DNA of 64,000 nt from Lama guanicoe. Taxonomy: Eukaryota. Positions 14,248-24,368 of the stretch are shown piece by piece (position 1 is the stretch's first letter; each line of letters starts with the position of its first letter). The notes under the pieces were generated by a model. That model worked only from the letters and a program-made list of their open reading frames with translations. It was not told the DNA's origin and searched no databases. The position numbers and the translations under genes were made by a program. The stretch covers positions 6,063,078-6,127,077 of the forward strand of contig MU054001.1 of NCBI GenBank assembly GCA_013239625.1, read 5' to 3'.

Positions 14248-14330
14248 TAAAATTGAAGTATAGTCAGTTATAATGTGTCAATTTCTGGTGTACAGCATCA
14301 TAATATACATACATATATTTGTTTTCATTT
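14248..14330 (-). mobile_element. Very short LINE-1 3'-terminal fragment
   Basis: TTGAAGTATAGTCAGTTATAATGTGTCAATTTCTGGTGTACAGCA is the reverse complement of the L1 3' end seen at 5680-5730. Confidence 0.8.
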
Positions 14331-14782
14331 TCCCATTCTTTAATGTCATGGGGTGCTTACTCTGTGTTTCCAAGATTTCCTGTTACCTACATAATTTTTT
14401 TTAATCAACTCACTTATTTTACTTAAGTAAATTTTTGCCTTGGCTTAAGCAATAGTAGTTATTAAACTGTAGGTTTGATTTGTTCTTAAAAAACTTTTTT
14501 TCTAGCACAGATCAGAACAAGTGCACACCTTTAAAATAAGAAGTCTTCATCCGTGAGTTCCTGAAATGGTTTCATGTACCCCCAGTGACATGAGTGCCTC
14601 ACTTTGGGACATTTACCCCCAGAAGGTCTCAGTAAAGAGAAAACAAATTGGCTCTTGGAGCCAGACAGGCCTGAGTTCAAATTCCCTTTCTAAGCTATTC
14701 AATCCTTGGCAAGTCACAAAAACTCTGCAAGCCTCAGTTTTTCCATTTTTTAAAAATAATTATTTTAATGATTATTTTAATT

Positions 14783-15005
14783 AAGACAAATACTGTATGA
14801 TTTCACTTTTATGTGGAATCTGAAAAAGCCAAGCTCATGGGAACAGAGAGTGTGGTGGTTACTAGGGGCTGGGGGGTCAGGGGATAGGGAGCTCTTATTA
14901 TAGGACACGGACTTTGAACTGGAAGATGAATACCTGCTAGAGAGCTGGTGCGCAACAGAGTGGTAGTAATTTTTGCATTTGTTAAAGTAGACGCGAACAA
15001 TACCC
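14783..15005 (+). mobile_element. Old L1M(A/B)-type 3' fragment interrupting a MIR
   Basis: AGACAAATACTGTATGATTTCACTTTTATGTGGAATCT...GTGGTTACTAGGGGCTGG; MIR-like sequence (GCCTCAGTTTTTCC) lies upstream. Confidence 0.7.
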
Positions 15006-15309
15006 ACCTCAAAGAGGTGTTGTAAGGTTTAGAGCAGGGGAAGTTCAGGAGGTGCCAGGCTGGCTGCAAGTGCCACAGCAGGGCAAACCCATCGACACCT
15101 GCAAGGGTGGGCGTGGCTCCTGAAACATCACTGCTGGCTTAGCCCTGGCACCGTCTTGGGCCCACACACCTCAGAGACCGTGCCGCACCCATTATGGTGA
15201 ACCACACTCCTGGATGAAATCCCTCCAGAAGAACGCAGGAATGGCAGCCCAGTCTGGTGGTGAAAGTGTTGGGACTTGGCAGAGCCAGACTGCAATACCA
15301 AGTCGGACA

Positions 15310-15470
15310 GGGGCGGGTATAAGCCAAGTGGTAGAGCACATGCTTAGCATGTACAAGGTCCTGGGTTCAATCCCCAGTACCTCCTCTAAAGGTAAACAAA
15401 TAAATAAACCTAATTCCCCACCCCCCTCCCCAAGAAAAAAGACCAAAAAAAAGAAAAAAAAGAAAAAAGA
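15310..15470 (+). mobile_element. tRNA-derived SINE of the camelid type (vic-1-like), inserted in a MIR
   Basis: tRNA-like head with A box (~15321-15331) and B box GGTTCAATCC (15364-15373), AAATAAACCTAATTCCCC tail and poly(A); degenerate TSD AATACCAAGTC (15294-15304) / AATACCAGGTC (15471-15481); MIR core TGACCTTG...TTTCTTCATCTGTAAAAATG follows. Confidence 0.88.
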
Positions 15471-16489
15471 AATACCAGGTCAGCCATTTATTTGGCTGAG
15501 TGACCTTGAGAAAGTGGCTTAACTTCTCTGAGCTTCCGTTTCTTCATCTGTAAAAATGATGATAATACTTCCTCATAAAAGGCTTTTGTGAGGATCAGAT
15601 GAGAGGGAGAGCCGGCCCTGCACAGCCTTTCATCTGCCTCTACTCTGTGCCTGCAGTATAACCACCTGCCATTAGCCACCGTGACTGTGACATTCCCACA
15701 CACGCCTTGACAAGAGCCGCTATTTCGGGGACGCCACAAACCAGGCTGGCTGCTGGAGGGGGACTCCGTGGGAAAACAGACCTGATCATCAGCTTCATGA
15801 GCTCTGACAGTAACGTGCCTAGCAATGAAAACAGCCATCATTTTCCACAGCAAAAAAAGAAGGGGAAAAAAAGCATCTCCCAAACCTTTGTAAATGAGAA
15901 ATAATTCATGCGTGAATAAAGTCATTCCGGGGAGATATTATTAAAATGCTACCCTTTCTTGCTATTAGAAGAACAAAATAGGCAGAGAGAACTGGGGGAG
16001 GAGGTAGGGGAATCTTCTCCCACATCTGCAGCTTCAAAATACATGTGAAATGGCCTCTCTTTAACACTTGAAACTGTTCCTTCTCATTTAGGACCAGCTA
16101 CAAAGGGAAAAAAAAATGGGAAATCTCTCATCGGACTCATAAGGACCCTTTAAAAATTTTTATTTTTATTTGTAAAGCCACAGGGGCGGTGGGGAGGGAG
16201 GAGAGCATCTTCTATCCAGATGCAAAGCTGACCCTCCGGGGTTTGCCTTGGCGGTCTTGGGTGTGGGGAGGAAGAAACTGCAAAAGGAAGGGGTGCTCGG
16301 GGGCTCCGTGAAAGAACTTGAGATCGGGACCTCACATGAATCAGGGCTGTAAACTGACTGCCAAGAGGGTCAGGCAGGTCATCTAAATAAACAGGTGGAG
16401 AATGGAAGCGACTAGAGAGGTTCATTCTCCATCTAAACTGAGGCAGCTGCTCAGCTCCACCAACTCCCCATATTGGAAAATGAGCTCAA

Positions 16490-16830
16490 AATTTCCAGAT
16501 CTTCCAGTCTTTCCAGAAAAGCCCCAAATCTGGATTTTTTATATTTAATATATTTTTATTGAAGTACAGTCAGTTTACAATGTTGTGTCAATTTCTGGTG
16601 TACAGCACAACGCGTCAGTCATAAAGGTACATATGTATCTTCATTTTCCTATTTTTTCACCATAACTTACAAGATATTGAATATAGTTCCCTGTGCTATA
16701 AAAATTTGGATTTTTATTTATAATTTCTTTTCAGTTCATAATTATATATATAATTTAACACTAAGCTAGCTGACCAAAGAAACACATCCAGGGGCCACGT
16801 TTGATCCAGGGCAACTGGTTTCCCACCTCT
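16490..16830. mobile_element. MER103-like hAT MITE split by a short minus-strand L1 3' fragment (~16548-16700)
   Basis: AGAAAAGCCCCAAATCTGGATTTT...CCAAAGAAACACATCCAGGGGCC...GGTTTCCCACCTCT; the L1 piece is flanked by AAAT(C/T)TGGATTTTT on both sides. Confidence 0.7.
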
Positions 16831-17099
16831 AATTCGGATGTTTTGCCCTTGGCCTACTCTCTCGCTCGCTCACTACAGGGGTTCCAGACGGCTCTGCTAG
16901 TGCAGAGTGAAGGGGTGTCTTTCCAGAAGCCCTGTCTCATGACCATTGAAAGCCACCTGCCCCTGTGTCATTAGTGGAGGAAAATTTACATCCACACCTG
17001 CTTACTGATCCTCTCCAGAACATTTGTTCCTCAAAACCACTGCAGTTTTTGAGGAGGACTATTTTTCAATCTCAGATGTATTTTCAGCCGGGATGTTCT

Positions 17100-17515
17100 C
17101 TTTGACACCAGCATAATCTACTGTGACATCGCCCGTTCACTTGACAAACGACAAGACAGGGACCTGACAATTGGGACAGCTTCCCAGCTGCAGGCTGGCC
17201 CACCGCTACCTGCAGGGTTCTCAGGGGACCCCGGGGAGCGCTGGCCGCCCCCTCTGCCCCCGCAGGTCACCTGATTTATGGCTCTGCCTGAGATGAAAAC
17301 TTCTGACTTTCTGTCATAAATCCAAGAGCTGTATTTTTCTGTTTTAGTCATTTAAACATGCAATCTTGGGATGGCTGCAGCCTCCCCAGAGGGTAATGTG
17401 TTTTGACATCCATATTTAGGGCTGACATTAGAAGGCTCCCAGAGAAATAGCCTTGACGTGATATCCCTTCTAAATGGATGGCACAAACGGCTTCCCGGCT
17501 GGTTTATGACAACTG
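17100..17515. promoter_or_regulatory. Candidate HOX/TALE enhancer
   Basis: TGATTTATGG PBX-HOX site (17272-17281), CTGTCATAAA (17311-17320), TTTATGAC (17503-17510), and eight TGACA/TGTCA words in about 410 bp. Confidence 0.45.
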
Positions 17516-17793
17516 TTCCACTGAGGGCAAGACTCAGGCATCTATAGAACTCAAGCTATTTGAGGGCCAAAAGCACCTTCGTAACCATAACAGTAACATG
17601 GGGATAATAATGCTTATTTTTAGGGTCCTTGCTGGGATTAACTGAGAAAAATCCATGCATAATATATAATGTTCCACGAAGAGATCAAATGTTGGTTCCA
17701 TTCTGTTTCTTATCTAGAAAATTTTATCTCCAAATCATTAAACAAAAGGCGAGGGAAGAATTACATTTATTACATTTCAAATTTAAAGATTTT

Positions 17794-20700
17794 TAAACAT
17801 TTTTTATTCAGTAATAGTCATTTTACAATGTTGTCTCAAATTCCAATGTAGAGCACAATTTTTCAGCTATACATGAACATACATATATTCATTGTCCCAT
17901 TTTTTTTTTCATTGTGAGCTACCACAAGATCCTGCATATATTTCCCTGTGCTATACAGTATGATCTTGTTTATCTACTCTGCATTTTAAAATCCCAGTCT
18001 GTCCCTTCTTACCCCCCTCCTCCCTGGGCAACCACAAGCTTGTACGCTATGTCTATGAGTCTGTTTCTGTTTTGTATTTATGTTGTTTTTTTTTTTTTAA
18101 GATTCCTCATATGAGCAATCTCACATGGTTTTTTTCTCTCTCTCTCTGGCTCACTTCACTCAGAATGACGTACTCCAGGAACATTCATGTTGCTGCAAAT
18201 CGCGTTATGTTGTCAGTTTTTGTGGCTGAGTAGTATTCCATCGTATAAATATACCACTTCTTCTTTATTCAGTCATCTGTTGATGGACATTCAGGCTGTT
18301 TCCATGTCTTGGCTATTGTAAATAGTGCTTCTATGAACATTGGGGTGCAGGTGTCATTTTGAAGTAGGGTTCCTTCTGGATATATGCCCAGGAGCGGGAT
18401 TCCTGGGTTCTATGGTAAATCTATTCCTAGTCTTTTGAGGAATCTCCATACTGTTTTCCACACTGGCTTTCTTGCTTCCCTCTCCCACTCTTAATGATTT
18501 AAATGTCTTCTTTTACAATTTTGTGTTTATTTTTTTTGTAATTCATGGCAGCTATCTCCTTTCCAGTTATGAGTTTCTCATTTTTGTAGCATCCTGCTCC
18601 TTTTCTATTTAGAGTAGACCTGTCTGTTTTCTTTAGCATGGGTTTAGCGTTGCTAAACTCTTTAGGTTTTGCTTGTCTGTGAAGTTCTTTATCTCTCCTA
18701 TTCTAAAGGATAGCCTTGCTGGATAGCATATCCTAGGCTGTATCGTTTTTTCATTCAGGACTTTGAATATATCTTGCCACTCCCTTCTGGCCTGTACTGT
18801 TTGTGTAGAGAAATCAGCTGAGAGCCTTATGGGGGGTTCCCTTGTAACTCACTCTTTGTTTTTCTCTTGCTGCCTTTAGGATCATTTCTTTATCCTTGAC
18901 TCTGGCCATCTTGATTATAATATGTCTTGGTGTGGTCTGTTTGGGTTCTTCCTGTTTGGAACCCTCTGAGCCTCCTGTACTTGGATATCTGATTGCTTTA
19001 TGTTTGGGAAGTTTTCAGCCATGATTTCTTCATATACTTTTCAATTCCCTTTGTTCTTTCTTCCCCTTCTGGAACCCCTATTATGTGTAGATTGGTACGC
19101 TTCATATTATCCCATAGGTCCCTTATATTGTTTTCATTGTTTTTTGTTTGTTTTTCTCTCAGCTGTTCTGATTGGGTGCTTTCTGTTGTCCTGTCTTCTA
19201 GGTCACTTATTAGTTCCTCTGCATTATCTAGCCTGCTTTGTACAGACTTCAGGTCAGCTCTCATCTCAGCAAATGAGTTTACTAATTCTACTTGTTTCTT
19301 CTTTATAGCTTCTACTTCATTTTTGACATATTTTATATCTCTAAACACTATTTCTTTTAGTTCCTTGAGTACTTCGATCACTCCTTTTTTGAAATCTTGA
19401 TCTAGTAGGCCATCAATGTCTGTTTCCTTAATCGTTCTTTCAGGGAACTTCTCTTGATCTTTTAATTGGGAGTGGTTCCTCTGCTTCTTCATATTGTTCA
19501 TATATCTCTGGCACTGGCTTAAGGAGTATCAGTTATCTAGTTCTCTTGGAGACGGTGTGCTCTTAATGATTTTATTGAGAGGTCTTTGTGTCTTTGTCCT
19601 GTTTTGCAAACTCAGCTTGCTGTTTCCAGAGGCCCTCTGTTGGTGCCCTCGTCTGTGCTGCTCCCAGTGGCTGTTGGTTAACAGATCATACCCGCTCCCA
19701 ACACTGGATCAGCTGAGCTCTTACCCAGTGGGCGGGCAGGTCACTTCCCCTCCGGATGCCGCAGTCAGATGCTGTGCTTGTGGGGAGGCAGGTGGGTGGA
19801 TCTCACCCCCTCCCAGCACCGTGGTCAGGTGTTGCATTCCTGCCAGAAGGGCAGGTGACCGCCCACCCTTTCTCGGCTCCAGTCACTCCACTGCTCTGTG
19901 CAGCTGCCCGCTCTGCCTCGGGTCAGTGCTCTGAAGGCGGGCGTGGGGAAGACCACAGAACAGCCCCGCCCCTGCTCCATGCCAAATCTCAGCTCCTTGT
20001 TTGTCTTGGCAGTGCAAGCTCCCTGAGGTCCCAGGGCAGAAAGATCCTATCTGCCTCGGGCTGTAAACAAGTCTCAGTCCTACCTAGGAGGTTGAGAAGC
20101 CTGCGGGTGCCGATTCAGGGCTCAGCCCCACCCCCGCCCAGGCACTGTGCACAGGAGGAGATGGGGGCTGTGGCTGCACCCTGCCTCTCTTCTCGCAAGA
20201 AGTGCCAGTACTGGCGGCACAGGTCTGAGGAGACAAAGGCTATGGCGCCCCTCCCCCAGGGCACAACAGCCTGTGTTGCTTTGCTTTTTTCACAATTTAT
20301 CGGGGGCCAAGGTTGTTCTGCTTCATATCCCCTCCCAGCCATGGCGCACAGCCCCCTGCAGTCCCCCAGGCCACCTCAGTGCAGCCGCCACAGTCCTCTG
20401 CCCAGATTGGGTGGCCTGTCCCGGCCCCAGCTGCTGGCTCGTGTCTCTGGATGGGTGTTGCGGGGACCCTTTGTGCCCGTTTAACTTAGTTCTGTCAGTC
20501 AAGTGGTGCTCGGGGCACATCTGAGCCTCGGGGGCTCCCCCTCCATCATGCTGTCCTCTCCGTTGGAGAGGGGAGACCCAATGAATGAGCGCCAGTCCTC
20601 CTTTGCCATTCCCTCCCTGCAGGATTGGTCCTGCACTGTTTTGCTCTTTCTTCTTTCTTTTTTCCTTTTCTCCTACCAGATTTTTGGTGTCTTTGTCTTT

Positions 20701-20835
20701 TGAAGAGGACGATGTTGTCGGAGTTTGGCAGGTGCTCTGGTTGGCTGAGTAAGTCTGTAGATGTGAGTTTTGGTGTATTTGTGGGAGAGGGTGAGCTACA
20801 AGCGTCCTTCTACTCCGCCATCTTGCTTCTCCTTT
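17794..20835 (-). mobile_element. Internally deleted LINE-1 (5'UTR, ORF1, last ~120 codons of ORF2, 3'UTR); half-L1-like
   Basis: 5' end with YY1-type CAAGATGGCG (20816-20825, minus strand); GC-rich 5'UTR; ORF1; junction to ORF2 C-terminus at 18466/18467; perfect 15-bp TSD AAATTTAAAGATTTT at 17779-17793 and 20836-20850. Confidence 0.93.
18609..19501 (-). pseudogene. LINE-1 ORF1p, frameshifted
   Basis: MNNMKKQRNHSQLKDQEK...RLDNAEELISDLEDR...LWDNMKRTNLHIIGVPEGEE (coiled coil and RRM start); reading frame lost after ~155 aa; ORF1 end GGTCTACTCTAA at 18620-18609. Confidence 0.9.
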
Positions 20836-21479
20836 AAATTTAAAGATTTTAAAATTAAACATTTTAAACTTAAACGTTTCAAGCTTCATTATTAGATTTT
20901 TACAAAAATGTATTTTCATGAAAGCAGAGTGTCTTGGGTTTATCTGACACCCTTCTTCAACAAGAACCCAAAGTTTTCATGTGGTGATTTCATGGGTCCA
21001 CACATGGGAATAGCTGAGCATATGCCTTTGGGTGTATCACTTGTCTTCTCCAGATTTCAGTTTGCTTCTCTGTAAAGTATGATAATGTGACACTCTATCT
21101 AACGTGCAGGGTTGGCGTGGGAAAAAAAAAACTTGGTAAGCTATGTGAATGCACTTTAGAGCATGTGAAAAACAATATACAAGCTCAAGATATTAGCTGC
21201 ATCTTCCCAGTCCATTTGCAATTTCACGACTATCCCCTTACACGTCTGGTATGATTCGGGCCTCCTGCTCATCAAAAGCTGAGACTGAATCCATTTTAGT
21301 AAGAAAGCAGGCCATGGGGCAGAGGGGGTGCACACTGGACCGGGGAGCAGAAACGCCAGCCTCAGGGCTACACTGGGGCCTGGCAGGGTAAGCACTTACC
21401 ATGTTCCTCCACCCCTCAACTCACCCTTGGCTTTTCCCTTTCTCTCGAATCCCCAACCAAAACGGATCCCACTCATGGC

Positions 21480-21790
21480 CACTTCACCAGTTCAAGGCTC
21501 TGCCTGCCATCTGTTACAACAGCCTCCTCACTGGTCCCCGCCTCCCCCCCCAACCCTCCCTCCTCCCTCTATAGTCTAGTCTCTGTGCAACAACCAGAGG
21601 CATTTCTCACAGTGGAAGTCAGACCAGGGCCCTGCTCTGTTCAGCTCACAGCCCTCCAGTGGCACTCCACCTCCTGCAGGAAAAAGCTGGGTCCTACCAT
21701 GGATGTAATGGACTTGCCTGAGCTGAGCCCCAGCTCCCTCTCCACCTTCTCTGCCTGCAGCTGCACAGGCCACCTAAGCACCTTCCATTT
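21480..21790 (+). mobile_element. LINE-2 fragment followed by a MIR (~21815-21915)
   Basis: ACAGCCTCCTCACTGGTCCCC...CCAGAG...CCCTCCAGTGGC L2 body; GAGGAAACTGTGGCTCAGAGAGG MIR core. Confidence 0.65.
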
Positions 21791-23154
21791 AACCCTCCCA
21801 CGTGTGGACCCTGATATCATCTTACAGAGGAGGAAACTGTGGCTCAGAGAGGGAAAGTCACATCCCGAGGTCACGCAGTTAGGAAGTGACAGAATCAGGG
21901 TTTGAATTCAAGCATGCCTTTACACCAATCTTATTTAATTTCACTCTGTTGTATGTATTTTATAAGCCACTTCAAATCCACTTTGGAATTGTAGGAAAGG
22001 AGGGAAGAAAGGCAATGAGACAGGCAGAATTCTGTACCTAGACTGGCCATGCCTCTAGACCAAGATTCTTCGGGAGCCAGAAAAACCATTAGCTTGGTAA
22101 AATCAGTCTCAGTGTTGTAACCTGAGTTTGTCTGCTGCTTCTAGAATTTCTGCAGACACAAAGAGAGCAAGCATATTTCAACCAGCAGAGAAATCCTGAC
22201 CAACCAGGCTAGCATTCGAGTTAACGGCACAGAAAATGTAGTTGAGCCATCAGAAAATTCTTTTAATGTCCAGAGTTTCTGTTATTGTGCTGCCATTAAC
22301 ATGATGCTAATGAAATGTAATAAAATGTGGCTTGGAAAGAAAACCCATCTGCTCTGAAAATTCAATTAATATGATTAAGATATAGCTTTTACACAATAAA
22401 TTTGCATCCAGTACACATTCTGCACTTTGGATTATTACAGCAGCACTAATGTCATCACATCAAGTTAAGCTGTGCCCAATTAGCACTTGCAGCCAGCCTC
22501 ACCGCCCAGAGCCTCGCTGAGGAGGAGGGCGTGGAGGACCTTGGACTTGACCACCTCCCTGAAAGCACAGCCCCACCGCTCTCAGATTCTCAGGATAGAG
22601 CAGCACCCAATCTCCTCCATCTTCTGCCTCTCGCCATTGCATAGTGTCAACCATGTGGGTGAGGCCGGGAAGTGACCATGACAACAGTCTTGTCTAAGAA
22701 AATGCAGGGTTCTGGGACTGAGAGACGAATGTCCACTCTGCTCTTACAAGGAGCTGGAAGTTGGATGGCATGGACTGCCTTCCTTTGCTTTCTTCTCTCA
22801 ATGTTCTACCATCAGATTCATTTTTCTGAGTATCTACTATGTGCAAGTCACTGGGGGAGAGGGGAAGAGGTACAAAGAGAACAGAGACAGCCTTGATCCT
22901 CGGGGATACACAGAGAGGCTTCCAGAGTAAAATGGGCCACTAGGAAAATCTGATATGGGTCTTCTGCCTTCCTTCTCCCTTTCTCCAGATTCCAGCAGAA
23001 TCCAGACAAGAAGCAGAGAGGGAAGACCAGCCTTCCTTTTCCCTCAGTGGTAGAAAGGCACTCACCCCAAAGCCAGAAGGCTGAGTACATCACAGTTTGA
23101 ATGGGGCTGACCCTTCTGCTCCCTCTTGTTGCTACAACTCTGCCTCTGTACCCC

Positions 23155-23562
23155 ACTTCACTGAATTGAGACTGGAGGATAAAGTTTTGGATGAAGTAGA
23201 AAAGGCAGCTTTATTTCTTTGCCAGACAAAGGAGGTCACAGTAGGCTAATGCCTCCAAGACATTGAACCTGCTAGGGAGAAAAGTCAGGGGATTTTACAG
23301 TAAAAGTTCAAGAGTTCAAGAGGCAGTGCTGGTTTCCATAGAGACTGTACACAGAGTAACAAATTGTTGCAAAGTTGTTCTTGCTTTTGCAGATGCAATG
23401 GTTCTCTTCCTTCTGCTGGGTATGATGTTTTCATCTGGCTTTGGGAATCTCCTAATATTCTTATGCCTAGAGCAAATGGTGCTTATGAAGGGGGTCTGTG
23501 GAGAAGTGCTCTAGAGAAAAACTTGAGCAATTTTAAAGTCAGGTTGATGAATGCTTTTAGCA
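23155..23562 (-). mobile_element. Cetartiodactyl ERV1-type LTR
   Basis: Minus-strand AATAAA at 23210-23215 in GAAGTAGAAAAGGCAGCTTTATTTCTTTGCCAG; minus-strand start TGCTAAAAGCATTC. Confidence 0.6.
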
Positions 23563-23566
23563 TTTT

Positions 23567-23850
23567 AGGCAGGTTGAGGCCTGGGACCTCTTGCTGCAGG
23601 GTTTGCACAAACTGGACATGCACCTCCAACAGCAGAATACAAAGAAGCCAAAAGGGACTCAAAATAACTGCAGTTGGAGCCAGTTATGAACAACAGGATA
23701 CAGAAAACAAAACCCCAACTGCTATTTCTGAGGTATTGGGAGCAAAAGCAGGGCACTGGGGGCAAAAGCAGGGTGCTGAGCATGATCCCCACCTGCAGCA
23801 CCACAAGGGGGTTGGGCAGACCACTCAAGCATCCCTCCTCTCCAACCTAA
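23567..23850 (+). mobile_element. 5' part of a second ERV1-type LTR, head-to-head with the previous one
   Basis: AGGCAGGTTGAGGCCTGGGACCTCTTGCTGCAG...GGGAGCAAAAGCAGGG...CACCACAAGGGGG; R/U5 part not seen. Confidence 0.55.
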
Positions 23851-23949
23851 TGCTGCAAGAACATGAGAAAAGCCATTTAAACTATTATACAATTAAGCAG
23901 TTACAAACACCATATGGCCACTGATGACAATAGGGTCCTGCTCAGTTGC

Positions 23950-24368
23950 ACTCTCTTTCCTCAGCAGGGCAGGCAGGGCAATCCATGCCTCTGACCATGA
24001 TGACTGGTGCATGGATGTGCACCTGAGAAACCAGACCAGTAAGAACCAGGCCCAGGATTTGCTCTGGGAGCCGTCAGAGAAGTGCTGTCCTTCAGTGGTG
24101 ACTGCTAAGCTGGAGAAACAGACCTGGAGCTGCTGGGGGCTGTGTTTGCCATCATGGGGGAGGAGTGGAAGGGAGTCAACAGGGAGAAGCAAAGCTTACT
24201 TGAAAGGAGAAAGACCAAGAGTCCTGATGGCATGATTTGAGCATCTAGATCTAGTTGAGCCCAATGGCAGTTTATCCCCTGGACTGCCCAATTGCCAGGC
24301 TTGTGAGCTCATCTTTTAAAAGGTAATTTTAAGTTGACTTTCACAGCTGAAGAAGTTCTGGCTGGTAC
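23950..24368 (+). mobile_element. Old MLT1 MaLR LTR
   Basis: CCTCTGACCATGATGACTGG...GAGTCCTGATGGCATGATTTGAGCATCTAGATC...GCTGAAGAAGTTCTG pattern. Confidence 0.6.

Noticed and set aside
15310..15385. Possible tRNA gene
   Set aside because: tRNA-like head is followed by a SINE tail, poly(A) and a TSD; it is a SINE.
17241..17262. CTCF-like GCCGCCCCCTCTGCC
   Set aside because: Matches only half of the CTCF core; the (A/G)GTGG part is missing.
19756..20919. 242-aa (+) and 198-aa (-) ORFs, possible ORF0-like product
   Set aside because: Both lie in the GC-rich L1 5'UTR where stops are rare; no supporting motif, and the minus ORF starts outside the element.
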